Notes: generated from the letters alone by a model not told the origin. Positions 28,551 through 39,184 are shown, counted from the stretch's first letter. The stretch is 64,000 bases of DNA from an uncultured Candidatus Rokubacteria bacterium (GCA_963754315.1 CAVWFS010000001.1:1-64000), one strand, 5' to 3'. Numbers and translations: made by a program.

Positions 28551-29621
28551 GTGCACGTCGACCTCCTGAGCTCGACGCCGCCCAGCGCCGTCGAGGGAAG
28601 CGGAACCTTCGTGGGCCTCGACGGGCTCGCGCGGGGACTGCTTGCCCTCGGTCACAAGGTGGTCTTTCGGCCGCTCCGGGTGCGCACCGGCTTTCACACG
28701 TTGGACCGGTGGCTCTACAACGCGGCGGTCGCCGCCTCGCCTCCGCGTGGTGACCTCGTTGTCGGGGTCGACCTCGACGGGTTTCTGTGGGCGCGCTGGC
28801 GCCGGCGGCGCGGGCGGCCACCGTCCTTCGTGGCTGCCCCCAAGGGTGTCATTGCCGACGAGTTACGCAACGAGCGCGGATGGGTGCGAGTCCTGCTGAG
28901 CCTGCAGGCCCGATGGGAGCGCACAAACCTTCGACACGCAGATCGGGTCATTGTTACCAGCCGCTACTGCGCGGACGTAGTGGGTAGCGTCTACGGCGTC
29001 CCGCCCCTTCGTGTGGCGACAGTTCCCGAACCGATCGATCTGGCCCAGTGGACACGCAGTTTTGCCCAGGCGGAGCGCCGCGCGCGGACGCGACCGACGG
29101 TGCTGACGGTGGCGCGGATGTATTCGCGCAAGCGGCTGGGTGATCTGCTCGCGGCAGCCGCCCTCCTCCGTCCGCGTATCCCCGCCCTCGAGGTCCGCAT
29201 CGTGGGAAATGGGCCCGAGGCGCCGAATCTGCGTGCCCAGTGCGAACAACTGGATCTCACCACCACGGTCACGCTTCTCGGTGATGTCAGCCGCCAGGTC
29301 CTGGCCGAGGAGTACGTGAATGCTGACTGTTTCTGTCTCCCCAGCGTGCAGGAGGGCTTCGGAATTGTCTTCACGGAGGCGATGGCTGCCGGACTGCCCG
29401 TGGTGGCTTGCCGCGCCGCCGCCATACCCGAGGTGGTCCTAGACGGGGTGACCGGGCTCCTCGTCCCTCCGCGCTGTCCGACCGACCTGGCCGAGGCCAT
29501 GGAGTTGCTCCTCATGAACGAGCGGCTCAGGAAGGACCTAGGAGAGGCCGGCCGACAACGTGTCCAGCAGTTCGACCTGGTACCGGTCGCCCGCCAATTC
29601 ATGGCGGCGTGCGGGTCATGA
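28551..29621 (+). CDS. GT4 family glycosyltransferase
   Basis: LPSVQEGFGIVFTEAMAAGLPVV. Confidence 0.9.
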   Translation: MHVDLLSSTPPSAVEGSGTFVGLDGLARGLLALGHKVVFRPLRVRTGFHTLDRWLYNAAVAASPPRGDLVVGVDLDGFLWARWRRRRGRPPSFVAAPKGVIADELRNERGWVRVLLSLQARWERTNLRHADRVIVTSRYCADVVGSVYGVPPLRVATVPEPIDLAQWTRSFAQAERRARTRPTVLTVARMYSRKRLGDLLAAAALLRPRIPALEVRIVGNGPEAPNLRAQCEQLDLTTTVTLLGDVSRQVLAEEYVNADCFCLPSVQEGFGIVFTEAMAAGLPVVACRAAAIPEVVLDGVTGLLVPPRCPTDLAEAMELLLMNERLRKDLGEAGRQRVQQFDLVPVARQFMAACGS

Positions 29622-30031
29622 GCGGGCTGGCCTACACCACTCGGCGCTTCACATTCTCGGCCGGCCACCGTTACTGGGTGCCCGCCTGGTCGGAAGCAGA
29701 GAACCGTCGCATCTTCGGTTCCTTGACCGTTCCCCACGGCCACAACTACACGCTGGATGTTACCCTGCGCGGACCCATCGATGCGCGAACCGGTATGGTC
29801 ATCGATCTGGCCGCACTGAAGCGAAGTGTCAGCGAGGTCGTGCTGGAACGCTTCGACCACGCCGATCTGTCTGCCGATCCGCTTTTCCGGGAGCGCGTGC
29901 CGACCACGGAGAACATCGCCATCGCCGTGTGGGAGTTGCTCGTCCCCACGTTGGGCGCCGAGCGCCTGTGGCAAGTTCGCGTGTGGGAGGATCCGACTCT
30001 CTTCGTCGACTACCGGGGAGGGCAGGCGTGA
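29618..30031 (+). CDS. 6-pyruvoyltetrahydropterin synthase (PTPS/QueD family), copy 1, lacking the motif Cys
   Basis: FSAGHR, PHGHNY, TGMVIDL, DH, PTTENIA. Confidence 0.88.
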   Translation: MSGLAYTTRRFTFSAGHRYWVPAWSEAENRRIFGSLTVPHGHNYTLDVTLRGPIDARTGMVIDLAALKRSVSEVVLERFDHADLSADPLFRERVPTTENIAIAVWELLVPTLGAERLWQVRVWEDPTLFVDYRGGQA

Positions 30032-30447
30032 GCCCGGGCCAAGTCGAGGTGACGCGTGTGTATCACTTCAGCGCGGCACACCGGCTCCAGAATCCGGCGC
30101 TCCCCGACGAGGAGAACACCAGGCTCTACGGCGCCTGCGCCCGTGCCCACGGGCATAACTACTACCTCGAGGTGACCCTGACCGGGTCGCCCCACCCGCA
30201 GACCGGTATGGCGGTGGACCTGGGGAAAGTCGATACCGCCGTGCATCGCGTGCTGGTCGACGTGGTCGATCACCAGACCTTGGAGGCGGTACCGTCTCTG
30301 GCTGGCGTGATCACCACCGGGGAGAGTCTGGCCCGCGCGTTCTGGGGGCTGCTGGCCCCGGCCCTGCCAGGGGAGGCGTTGCTCACTCGGGTGGTCGTCG
30401 AGGAAACAGCCAAGAACCGATTCGAGTATCGAGGCGAGGGGTCATGA
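30028..30447 (+). CDS. 6-pyruvoyltetrahydropterin synthase (PTPS/QueD family), copy 2
   Basis: [29 protein letters not shown]. Confidence 0.88.
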   Translation: MSPGQVEVTRVYHFSAAHRLQNPALPDEENTRLYGACARAHGHNYYLEVTLTGSPHPQTGMAVDLGKVDTAVHRVLVDVVDHQTLEAVPSLAGVITTGESLARAFWGLLAPALPGEALLTRVVVEETAKNRFEYRGEGS

Positions 30448-31007
30448 TTGCGGCGCTGATCGAGAAGCTGCTCCAGGAACTGGGCGAGGACGCGCAGCGC
30501 GAGGGACTGGAGCGCACACCGGATCGAGTGGAGAAAGCCCTGCGCTATCTCACGTCCGGCTACGGGCAGAAGGTCGAGGAGGTGCTCAACGAGGCGCTCT
30601 TCGTCGAGGACTACGACGAGATGGTGGTGGTGAAGGACGTGGACTTCTTCTCGCTGTGCGAGCACCATCTGCTGCCGTTCTTCGGCAAGGCCCATGTCGC
30701 ATACATGCCCAGGCGGAAGATCGTGGGTCTCTCCAAGATTCCGCGGCTGGTGGAGATGTTCAGCCGTCGGCTTCAGGTGCAGGAGCGGCTGACCACCCAG
30801 ATCGCGACAACGCTGAACGAGGTCCTGCAACCGCGCGGGGTCGCCGTGGTCATGGAGGGCATTCACCTCTGCATGCTGATGCGCGGCGTGGAGAAGCAGA
30901 ACTCGAAGGCCATCACCTCGGCTATGCTGGGCATGTTCCGGGAGCGTCCGGAAACCCGCGCCGAGTTCATGGAACTGATCAAGTCAACCCGAGGGATGCA
31001 GTTATGA
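30444..31007 (+). CDS. folE: GTP cyclohydrolase I
   Basis: [35 protein letters not shown]. Confidence 0.97.
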   Translation: MIAALIEKLLQELGEDAQREGLERTPDRVEKALRYLTSGYGQKVEEVLNEALFVEDYDEMVVVKDVDFFSLCEHHLLPFFGKAHVAYMPRRKIVGLSKIPRLVEMFSRRLQVQERLTTQIATTLNEVLQPRGVAVVMEGIHLCMLMRGVEKQNSKAITSAMLGMFRERPETRAEFMELIKSTRGMQL

Positions 31008-31729
31008 CATCGCAGGGGCTCGTGCAGCAGGTGGCCATCGTGACCGGTGCCGGGCGCGGGATCGGTCGTGCGGTGGCGCAGGCCCTGGCGGCCGAGGGGG
31101 CGGCAGTGGTGTTGGCTTCGCGGACCCGTCGCGAGCTGGCCGACGTGGCGGCCACCATCCGCGAGGCGGGAGGCCGGGCCCTTGCCATCCCGGCCGACGT
31201 AGCCTCGGCCGACTCCGTGGATGCCCTCGTCGAGCAGACAGTGGCTGATCTGGGGCGTGTCGATCTCCTGGTGACCGCGGCCGGGGTCGCATCGTTCGGG
31301 CCGCTGGCGGGGACCAAGCCTGGAGACTGGGATGCCATGCTTTGTGTCAATCTCCGGGGGGCTATGCTATGTTGCCGCGCGGTCCTGCCGGCGATGATCC
31401 GGCAACGGCGGGGAACGATCATCAATATCGGCTCGATTGCGGCCCGGCGGCCAATCGCGGGGTGCGCCGTGTATGCCGCCACCAAAGCCGGGCTCGCCGC
31501 ATTCAGTCAGGTTCTCGCGGAAGAGGTCCGGGGGGAGGGAATCAGGGTCGGCGTGGTGGTTCCGGGCGCGGTGGATACGCCGCTCTGGGATACGATCCCG
31601 AATGGGCCAGAACGAGGGCGGATGCTCCGTGCGGAGGACGTGGCCAAAGCGGTAGTATTGATGGCGACCCTGCCCCCGCATGCGGCCCTGGAAGAGATCA
31701 CTCTCCTCCCCGCCGGTGGTATCCTATGA
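31004..31729 (+). CDS. Short-chain dehydrogenase/reductase (candidate sepiapterin reductase)
   Basis: [23 protein letters not shown]; coupled to folE by ATGA overlap. Confidence 0.85.
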   Translation: MTSQGLVQQVAIVTGAGRGIGRAVAQALAAEGAAVVLASRTRRELADVAATIREAGGRALAIPADVASADSVDALVEQTVADLGRVDLLVTAAGVASFGPLAGTKPGDWDAMLCVNLRGAMLCCRAVLPAMIRQRRGTIINIGSIAARRPIAGCAVYAATKAGLAAFSQVLAEEVRGEGIRVGVVVPGAVDTPLWDTIPNGPERGRMLRAEDVAKAVVLMATLPPHAALEEITLLPAGGIL

Positions 31730-31773
31730 TAGGGTTTTGACACGCAAGCCAGGTGTGTAAGAGGGAGGTTACT

Positions 31774-32100
31774 ATGATCATGCTGACCGAGACGGCTGCC
31801 AAGAAGGTGGCCGATCTGCGTCTGGAGGAAGGCAAGCCGGAATGGGGCCTGCGCATCCGAGTCGTCGGGGGGGGCTGTTCCGGAATGTCGTATGAGCTGG
31901 GCTGGGAGGACACGGAGACCGCTGGCGACAACATCGTCGAGCAGAGCGGGGTCAAAGTGTATGTCGATCAGCTCAGCGCCACGTACTTGGAGGGGAGTGA
32001 AATCGACTACGTCGACAACAACATGATGGGTGCTGGCTTCGCGATCAAGAATCCGAACGTGAAGTCGAGCTGCGGCTGCGGCCAGTCCCATCGCTTCTAG
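31774..32100 (+). CDS. A-type Fe-S carrier (IscA/ErpA/HesB)
   Basis: GGGCSG and NPN..SCGCGQS. Confidence 0.93.
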   Translation: MIMLTETAAKKVADLRLEEGKPEWGLRIRVVGGGCSGMSYELGWEDTETAGDNIVEQSGVKVYVDQLSATYLEGSEIDYVDNNMMGAGFAIKNPNVKSSCGCGQSHRF

Positions 32101-32109
32101 CGATCTGTC

Positions 32110-32781
32110 GTGCGCGTCGGCGTCCGGCTCTTCGCTCGCTATCGTGAGGCCGCCGGACGGGAACGTATTGAGGTGGAGCTCCCTGAAGGTGGCACCGTGG
32201 AAGGGGCCTGGTCTGCGGTTGTCGACCGTGTGCCCGAACTATCGCGGTACCGCCCCTATACCCTCTTCGCCGTCGATCAGGACTACGTACTCGCCGACCA
32301 CCGGCTGACTGCCGGCGATGAGCTCTGCCTCTTCCCACCCGTGAGCGGGGGCGCCGGTCTCGACACCTACCGGGTGCTGACGCAGCCGCTTTCCCCGGAC
32401 GCGGTGGCCGCCGCCGTAGATGATCCAGGGGCGGGGGGCATCGCCATCTTCTCGGGGGTTGTGCGAAACGAGACTCAAGGTCGCTCGGTCAAGTTCCTGG
32501 AGTACGAAGCCCACGTCCCGATGGCCGAGGTGAAAATGCGTGAGATCGGCCAGGTCATTCGCGCCCGCTGGCCAGGAGTGAAGCGAGTGGCCATTCTGCA
32601 CCGGGTGGGCCGACTCGACATCGGCGAGGCGAGCGTGCTCATCGCGGTCTCGGCCGCCCACCGGGGTGAGGCGTTCGAGGCGTGCCGCTTCGCCATCGAC
32701 ACACTCAAGACCACTGTGCCGGTGTGGAAGAAAGAGCACTTCGAGGACGGCGAGGTCTGGGTCGGTCTCCAGGGAGGGTGA
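32110..32781 (+). CDS. Fused molybdopterin synthase MoaD-MoaE
   Basis: MoaD/ThiS fold ending FPPVSGG, followed by MoaE (LEYEA, HRVG.L..GE, PVWKKE). Confidence 0.9.
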   Translation: MRVGVRLFARYREAAGRERIEVELPEGGTVEGAWSAVVDRVPELSRYRPYTLFAVDQDYVLADHRLTAGDELCLFPPVSGGAGLDTYRVLTQPLSPDAVAAAVDDPGAGGIAIFSGVVRNETQGRSVKFLEYEAHVPMAEVKMREIGQVIRARWPGVKRVAILHRVGRLDIGEASVLIAVSAAHRGEAFEACRFAIDTLKTTVPVWKKEHFEDGEVWVGLQGG

Positions 32782-34169
32782 GGACGGACGTCGGCCGGAT
32801 TCTCGCCTCGACCGAGGCCACCATTCGCCGCCACGCGATGCTCGCTGGCGGCGAAACTGTTCTCGTAGCCGTCTCGGGGGGCGCCGACTCAGTGGCTCTC
32901 CTGTATGTCCTCGTTCAGCTCGCCTCGGCCTGGAATCTCCAGCTTCGTGTCCTCCACGTCGATCATCAGCTTCGTCCCCATTCGTCGCGGGACGGAGAGT
33001 TTGTTCGAAGGGTGGCGGCGGGACTCAGGGTCCCGGCCGAGGTTGCCACCGTGGTGGTCGCGGGTGGCGAGTCGCTCGAGGCGGCCGCCCGTGCGGCCCG
33101 CTACGGCGCCCTCGAGGTCCACGCTAGCCGCCTTGGTGCCCACCGGATCGCTATCGCCCACACGGCCGACGACCAGGCAGAGACCGTCCTGATGCGGCTC
33201 CTGGAAGGGGCGGGCGTGCGGGGTCTGGCCGGCATCCCGCCCGTGCGTGGCCGAATCATCCGGCCCCTGATCGCCGAGGCGCGTGCCTCGCTACGTAGCG
33301 TGCTAGGGGAGGCCGGACTCGAGTGGATCGAGGATCCCTCGAACGAGGATCGACGCTTTCTGCGCAACCGGATTCGCCACGAGTTGCTTCCCTTGCTGGC
33401 GGCCTCCTACAACCCGGCCATCGTAGAGGCGCTTGGCCGGACAGGACGGCTCGTCGCCGTCACTGCATCGACGCTCGAGGCGGTAGCGACCGTCGAACTC
33501 GACCGGCTCGGTGCCAGGGTCGGCGACGAGCTCGTGCTGCCTTTGGCCGAGATGAAGGCACTGCCGCGTGAGGTAGCCGCCGAGGCTCTGCGCCAGGGCG
33601 CGGCGCGCATGGGGAGCAGTCGACCGCTCCGCGCCTGGGCGCACCGCGGCTTGCGGCGCGTGCTCGCTCACCCCGCTCCTCGCCACCCATTCGCATGGGG
33701 TGGGGTCCTGATCGAGGTGAGCGTAGGCAAGATCCGCCTGGCCACCCGTCCAGCGCATCCCCTCGCCCAGCGCGAGATTCCTGTTCCGGGCAAGGTCCTC
33801 CTTCCCGAGGCAGGTCTGGTGCTTGAGAGCACCTTGTTTCTGGAGGGCGAAGCCCCAATGCCGGCGGACGCTCATCAGGCCGTCTTCGATGCCGACGCGT
33901 TAGCCCGCCCCCTCATCGTCCGTAGCCGGCGCCCCGGAGATCGTCTGAGACCATTCGGAGCCACCGGGGAGCGCCGGGTTAAGGGCCTGCTCTTGGAGGC
34001 CGGGCTCCCGCGCTGGGAGCGAGGACGAGTGCCCCTGGTCCAGGCGGGCCCGGAGCTGGTGTGGGTCGGAGGTGTCCGCCGAGGCGCCGCGGCGCCGGTC
34101 ACCCCGGCCACTCGGCGGGTCCTTCGGCTCGGATTGTCCTCGCTGGCGGAACCCGCCATGCAACGCTAG
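32778..34169 (+). CDS. tilS: tRNA(Ile)-lysidine synthetase
   Basis: AVSGGADS, HVDH, AHTADDQAET, EDPSN..RNRIR, C-terminal TilS domain. Confidence 0.93.
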   Translation: MRTDVGRILASTEATIRRHAMLAGGETVLVAVSGGADSVALLYVLVQLASAWNLQLRVLHVDHQLRPHSSRDGEFVRRVAAGLRVPAEVATVVVAGGESLEAAARAARYGALEVHASRLGAHRIAIAHTADDQAETVLMRLLEGAGVRGLAGIPPVRGRIIRPLIAEARASLRSVLGEAGLEWIEDPSNEDRRFLRNRIRHELLPLLAASYNPAIVEALGRTGRLVAVTASTLEAVATVELDRLGARVGDELVLPLAEMKALPREVAAEALRQGAARMGSSRPLRAWAHRGLRRVLAHPAPRHPFAWGGVLIEVSVGKIRLATRPAHPLAQREIPVPGKVLLPEAGLVLESTLFLEGEAPMPADAHQAVFDADALARPLIVRSRRPGDRLRPFGATGERRVKGLLLEAGLPRWERGRVPLVQAGPELVWVGGVRRGAAAPVTPATRRVLRLGLSSLAEPAMQR

Positions 34170-34283
34170 AATTCTGGGGTCGTCACGGCGTGCGTGCCGT
34201 TCACCCATACACTCGGGAGGCACGAGTGTATGGGATTGGATCCTCTTGACCTACGACTGCCCCATCGAGGACGCTGCCAGGCC

Positions 34284-35723
34284 ATGACTGAGAGCCCGCT
34301 CATGGAGGGGATACGTCGGCATGCGCCGCGGGACACGGTGCTGGTGGTCGACGACGAACCGAGCGTGCGGGCCTCCGTACGAACCATTCTCGAAGGGACG
34401 TGTGAGGTCCTGGAGGCGGAGGGTGGCGCGGAGGCACTCGATCTCCTCCGAACGCACGATGTCGATCTCGTCATGCTAGATCAGCGGATGCCGGGCGAAG
34501 CAGGTCTGGATCTACTCCCCCGCCTCAAGGCGATTGATTCCTCGATCGTCGTCGTCATGGTGACCGCCGTGCACGAGGTTCGCACCGCCGTGGAGGCCTT
34601 GAAGGGCGGTGCCTATGACTATCTCACCAAGCCCTTCGATGTCGGGGATATCGTGCTCACGGTGCGCCGTGCGCTTGAGAAGCGAGCCCTGGAGCGTGTG
34701 GTTCCTGACCTGCGCTCGGACCAGGCTCCGGCCGGCGATGACCGTAGCGGGTTTCGACCTATGGTGGGGCGGCACCGCAGCATGGTCCGCATCTACCAGC
34801 TGATCGCTCAGATAGCGCAGACGCCCACCACCAGTGTGCTGATCCTGGGAGAGAGCGGGACCGGGAAAGAACTGGTGGCGCGTTACATCCATCAGCAGAG
34901 CCCGCGGCGCACCCAGCCCTTCGTGGCCGTCAACGTGGCGGCCATTCCCGACACTCTTCTCGAATCCGAGTTGTTCGGCCATGAGAAGGGCGCCTTCACG
35001 GGTGCCTACGCACGTAAGATCGGCAAGTTCGAACTTGGTCAGGGCGGGACCGTCTTTCTCGACGAGATAGGCTCCCTGCGCCTTGACATGCAGGCGAAGC
35101 TCCTGCGGGTCCTCCAGGAGCGGGAGGTCGAACGGGTGGGAGGCCTGCACCCCACACCCGTCGACGTCCGGGTGCTCGCCGCCACTAACGTGAATCTTCG
35201 CCAGGCCATCCGGGACCGCACCTTCCGCGAGGATCTCTACTACCGTCTCAACGTGGTGCCCATTCACGTGCCACCGCTGCGGGAGCGCCGCGAGGACATC
35301 CCGATCCTCGTCGACCACTTCATTCGTAAGATCAGTCGCGAATGCAAGCGTGATGTGCGCGGTATGTCGGTCGGCGCGCGTGACATTCTGTTGCGCCACG
35401 ACTGGCCAGGCAACGTCCGGGAGCTGGAGAACGTCATCCATCGGGCGGTCGTCCTGGCCCGCGGTCCGGTGCTTCAGATCGACGACTTCCCGCTGGAGGT
35501 TGCCATGCCTGAGACCGGTTCGGGGCCCGGCGGAGACACCGGCTTGCCCCTGGCCGAGGCACGTGAGCAGTTCGAGCGACAGTACATCCTGCGCGCGCTC
35601 GAGGTGGTCGGGTGGAACGTGAGCCGAGCGGCCCGGCTCCTCGGTGTCCATCGCAATACGATCATCGCTCGACTCTCCGCCTGGGGGGTGCAACGGCCGG
35701 GCAGCGATACTCGGCTGGCCTGA
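34284..35723 (+). CDS. Sigma54-dependent response regulator (NtrC family), orphan
   Basis: Receiver domain, [22 protein letters not shown], Fis-type HTH. Confidence 0.93.
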   Translation: MTESPLMEGIRRHAPRDTVLVVDDEPSVRASVRTILEGTCEVLEAEGGAEALDLLRTHDVDLVMLDQRMPGEAGLDLLPRLKAIDSSIVVVMVTAVHEVRTAVEALKGGAYDYLTKPFDVGDIVLTVRRALEKRALERVVPDLRSDQAPAGDDRSGFRPMVGRHRSMVRIYQLIAQIAQTPTTSVLILGESGTGKELVARYIHQQSPRRTQPFVAVNVAAIPDTLLESELFGHEKGAFTGAYARKIGKFELGQGGTVFLDEIGSLRLDMQAKLLRVLQEREVERVGGLHPTPVDVRVLAATNVNLRQAIRDRTFREDLYYRLNVVPIHVPPLRERREDIPILVDHFIRKISRECKRDVRGMSVGARDILLRHDWPGNVRELENVIHRAVVLARGPVLQIDDFPLEVAMPETGSGPGGDTGLPLAEAREQFERQYILRALEVVGWNVSRAARLLGVHRNTIIARLSAWGVQRPGSDTRLA

Positions 35724-35741
35724 AGCGAGCAGTCCCCCGCC

Positions 35742-36611
35742 TTAGCGCCACGCGATCATTGTGTAGACGACACCCCACAGGGCCAGCAGATCGCGTAGAT
35801 GCCGCCCGGCGGGGGCGACGCTCTCGACGTGTCCGATCATTCCCACCAGGACCACCGTGGTGTTGCGGGGTCGCGCGGCAGCCAGCCGCAGGGTTTCGGT
35901 GTAGGGAACGGCCCGGTCGCCCCGTCCGTGAACGAGCACGACGCGACCGGGGATTCGCGGTGCCACGCGCTCAGGCGAGAGGGCTTCCAGAAGGGGGGCG
36001 ATGGCGTCCAAGGCGATCTCCGTGGCCTGGCGATTGCCCGCGGCGAGGTTCTCGCGGACCGACGGGTCCAGGAGGTCCGCATTGGCAGCCAGGAACGCGC
36101 GGATCACCTCAGGATCGTGCACGGTGTGGCCGCGGCGATCCCCGTAGGCGTACTCGCCCGTCAAGAAAAAGCGGACGAGTTCACGGGCCGACGCGTATCC
36201 GCCCAGGACCACCACGGTAGCGACCCGGCCGCTTACGCGAGGATCGGCGGCGGCGAGAAGCGCTGGGCCGGCGCCCACGCTCACGGTGACGAGAGTGGCC
36301 GGACCCGGTCGAAGATCAAGGGCGGCGATCACGGGCTCGGTGTCGTGAGGCCGAAGCCGCCCCTGCGTCAGTCCCGGAATGGTCGGCACTGCCACCGCGA
36401 AGCCTGTCCTCGCGAGGAGGGCCGCGGCCGCCAAGACCCGCTCATCGCGGTTACCCTGGGGCGCGAAGCCATGGACGAGCACGAGCGGGGCGCCATCGCG
36501 CGACCCGCTCACCAGCATGACGTCGGCGGTGGGCAGGGTCACGTGCCGCCACCCGGGTGCGTCGGTCAGGCGCGAGAGGATCGGATAGCGACCCTCCGAC
36601 AGGAATTCCAC
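35742..36611 (-). CDS. Hypothetical alpha/beta-hydrolase-fold-like protein
   Basis: LVHGF, VSVGA, LVHGRGD..VP; frame stays open upstream through a hydrophobic anchor to about 36713 with no canonical start. Confidence 0.55.
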   Translation of the reverse strand: MEFLSEGRYPILSRLTDAPGWRHVTLPTADVMLVSGSRDGAPLVLVHGFAPQGNRDERVLAAAALLARTGFAVAVPTIPGLTQGRLRPHDTEPVIAALDLRPGPATLVTVSVGAGPALLAAADPRVSGRVATVVVLGGYASARELVRFFLTGEYAYGDRRGHTVHDPEVIRAFLAANADLLDPSVRENLAAGNRQATEIALDAIAPLLEALSPERVAPRIPGRVVLVHGRGDRAVPYTETLRLAAARPRNTTVVLVGMIGHVESVAPAGRHLRDLLALWGVVYTMIAWR

Positions 36612-36723
36612 GAGGAAAGCGCCCGCCAGGACTAGGCGGGCAGCGGCGACACCGAAGGGTCCGGCGAGGACGACGCCGAGAACGAGAAGCGCGAGCGCGA
36701 AGCCGAGCCGAACGGGGCGGTTG

Positions 36724-37410
36724 CTACTTGCGATTAATGCACTTCACCAGGCGCCAGCCGTGGAACATGTTGACCTTGACCATGATCTCTGGCGAGAGAC
36801 CCACGCGATCGAGGAGCGGGCGAAGGGCGAGATTGGATTTCCAGCCGAGCCACCGACAGACGGGTGCGACCCGGTCTTCTAGCCAGCCCATGAGGCGTTG
36901 CTGGCTTCGGAAGTGATTGAGGATCACGATGACCCCTCCCGGTTTCACCACGCGCTGCATCTCGCGAAGCACGGCTACCGGGTCGGGCACGGCGGAGATG
37001 GTGTAGGTTGCGATGGCTTTGTCGAACTCGTCGTCACCGAAGTCCATGCAGGTCGCGTCCATGACCTTGAGCCTGATGTTGGGCATGGCCAGGGTTTGCA
37101 CGCGTTCCACGGCCTTGTCGAGCATTTCCTGCGAGAGATCGATGCCCGTGAGCTCGGTGGTGGGCGGATACAGCGGGAGATTGAGACCGGTACCGATTCC
37201 GACTTCGAGCACCGAGTCGTTCGGCTGCAGCCCGAGGTACTTCACGGCGGCGGCACGGCCCGGGGCAAAGATCCAGTCGAAGATGAGATCGTACACTGGC
37301 GCATACAGCTCATACGCCCGCTGGACCTGCCTCTTCTCCAATGCTACGTCCACGTGCACCCTCCGGGGTTTATTCGTCAAGGCTGGCCTCGGAAGCGAAT
37401 CGCCCGTCAT
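36724..37410 (-). CDS. SAM-dependent methyltransferase, PmtA (phospholipid N-methyltransferase)-like
   Basis: YAPVYD, VLEVGIGTGLNL, GIDLS, SAVPDP, NHF. Confidence 0.75.
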   Translation of the reverse strand: MTGDSLPRPALTNKPRRVHVDVALEKRQVQRAYELYAPVYDLIFDWIFAPGRAAAVKYLGLQPNDSVLEVGIGTGLNLPLYPPTTELTGIDLSQEMLDKAVERVQTLAMPNIRLKVMDATCMDFGDDEFDKAIATYTISAVPDPVAVLREMQRVVKPGGVIVILNHFRSQQRLMGWLEDRVAPVCRWLGWKSNLALRPLLDRVGLSPEIMVKVNMFHGWRLVKCINRK

Positions 37411-37449
37411 TTTACTCGGTCGCCTCCGCGTTTGCCAAGCGGCTTCTCT

Positions 37450-38796
37450 TCAAAGGAGGAATCGCATGAGAAGGGTGGCCAGGCCGAGAAAGGAAAAGAA
37501 TCCACACACATCGGTGAAGGTCGTGATGATCACGCTCGAGGCGATGGCGGGGTCGATGTGCAAGGTTTTCAGGGCAACCGGCACGAGGGTGCCGACCACC
37601 GCCGCCACCAGCATGTTGAAGAGCAGGGCCACGCCGAGGATGGCGGCCAGGACCAGGTGCTGCTTCCAGAGGTAGGCGAACACGGCGATGAGGATGCCGG
37701 TGGCAAGTCCCGTGGTGCCGGCCAGCCACAGTTCCTTGAGGAGCACACGCCGCAGCACGCCGCTGGTGAGGTCGCCCAGCGCGATACCACGGATGACGAC
37801 GGTAGCCGTTTGCGTGGTGCCGATGCCGCCCATGGACGCCACGATAGGCATGAAGACAGCGAGGATGGCCAGCTCTCGGATGGAGCCTTCGAACAGGCCG
37901 ATGACCGACGCGGCCAGGATGGCGGTGGCTAGGTTGACGACGCGCCAGATCAGCCGCTTGGGGAAGACACTCTGCGGAGAATCGAAGAGGGTCTCGTCCC
38001 CCGCGACCCCACCCAGCCGCTGGATATCCTCGGTGGCCTCCTCCTGGATGACGTCGATGACATCCTCCACCCCGATGGTCCCCAGCAGGCGTCGGTTGTT
38101 GTCCACGACCGGGACCTCGAGAACGTTGTAGCGACGGACGAGATTGGCCACCTCTTCCTGGTCGGTATCGACACTCACGCTCTGCACGTCCTCGTCGCGA
38201 ATGGCGACCATGGGGGTGGTGGGCTCGGCCGCCAGCAGACGGTGGAGGGGCACGACCCCGACCAGGTGGTCGTGATCGTCCACGACGTAGAGGTAAAAGG
38301 CGGCGTCGCCGGAGGCTGCCTTGCGAATGTGCTCGATGGCCTGCGCCACCGTCGTGTGTTCAGAGACGGCCACGAAGCGCGGCGACATGAGGCGGCCGGC
38401 CGTCCCTTCCTCGTATTCCAGCAGCTCCTGGACTTCTTCGGACTTCTCCTCCTCCATGAGGTCCAGGATCTTTTCGGCGTCTTCCCGCGGCAGCTCTTCC
38501 ACGACCTCCACCACATGGTCGGAGGGCATGGTGTCGAGGATGCGAGAGACCTCTGCCTCATCGAGGGAGCGGACGAGGTCGCGTTGGATGGCATCGTCAA
38601 GCTCGGAGAGAACGTCGCCGGCCAGTTGGGACGGGAGCAGTCGAAACACGCGAACCTGGTCGTCGCGGGGCAATTCCCGCAGCGCGCTGGCCAGGTCGGC
38701 CGGATGAAGCTCTTCGACGAGATCGGTGAGACGCCGCTCCTGCCCACCCTCGAGGAGTTCCCTGATCTGTTGCGTCAGCCGCTCGCGCTCTTCCAT
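37450..38796 (-). CDS. mgtE: Magnesium transporter
   Basis: LHPAD, TAGRLM, CBS pair, PIVASMGG, DPAIAS..ITTFTD. Confidence 0.93.
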   Translation of the reverse strand: MEERERLTQQIRELLEGGQERRLTDLVEELHPADLASALRELPRDDQVRVFRLLPSQLAGDVLSELDDAIQRDLVRSLDEAEVSRILDTMPSDHVVEVVEELPREDAEKILDLMEEEKSEEVQELLEYEEGTAGRLMSPRFVAVSEHTTVAQAIEHIRKAASGDAAFYLYVVDDHDHLVGVVPLHRLLAAEPTTPMVAIRDEDVQSVSVDTDQEEVANLVRRYNVLEVPVVDNNRRLLGTIGVEDVIDVIQEEATEDIQRLGGVAGDETLFDSPQSVFPKRLIWRVVNLATAILAASVIGLFEGSIRELAILAVFMPIVASMGGIGTTQTATVVIRGIALGDLTSGVLRRVLLKELWLAGTTGLATGILIAVFAYLWKQHLVLAAILGVALLFNMLVAAVVGTLVPVALKTLHIDPAIASSVIITTFTDVCGFFSFLGLATLLMRFLL

Positions 38797-38835
38797 CGGC
38801 TCACCGGCGGGCTGTGCGGCTCGCCCTCCACCTGC

Positions 38836-39156
38836 TCAGCTCCCGGCGGTGGGCGGTCGCGTCGGCGGGGGCTGGCCGAGCACGGCCCGCGTGCGCTCTT
38901 CCACGGCCGTCTCGAGCATGCGTACCCGTGCCTCCAGGGTCCGCGTCCGCGCACGAAGGCGCCAGCGCTGCAGGCTGAGCGGTATGCCGGCCACCACGAT
39001 GCCCGCCGCCAAGGAGAGCAAGACGAGCGCAGACAGGGGGATCTCGTACTTCCAGAATATGAGGTTGACAGTGATCGACTCGCCGTTGGCGACAGCGAAG
39101 ATGGTCACCGCCACCGCCAAGAGCGCGACCACCAGGTAGCCGAAGGTCACGTCCAC
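38836..39156 (-). CDS. LapA-family small membrane protein
   Basis: Two hydrophobic helices, FAVAN..V.LIFW..PL, coiled C-terminus. Confidence 0.7.
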   Translation of the reverse strand: MDVTFGYLVVALLAVAVTIFAVANGESITVNLIFWKYEIPLSALVLLSLAAGIVVAGIPLSLQRWRLRARTRTLEARVRMLETAVEERTRAVLGQPPPTRPPTAGS

Positions 39157-39184
39157 CCTCGGCTGGAACCCGCCAACGCTTTCC

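Noticed and set aside
29618..31007. Queuosine or 7-deazaguanine DNA-modification cluster
   Set aside because: No queC, queE, queF, tgt or dpd genes in the window
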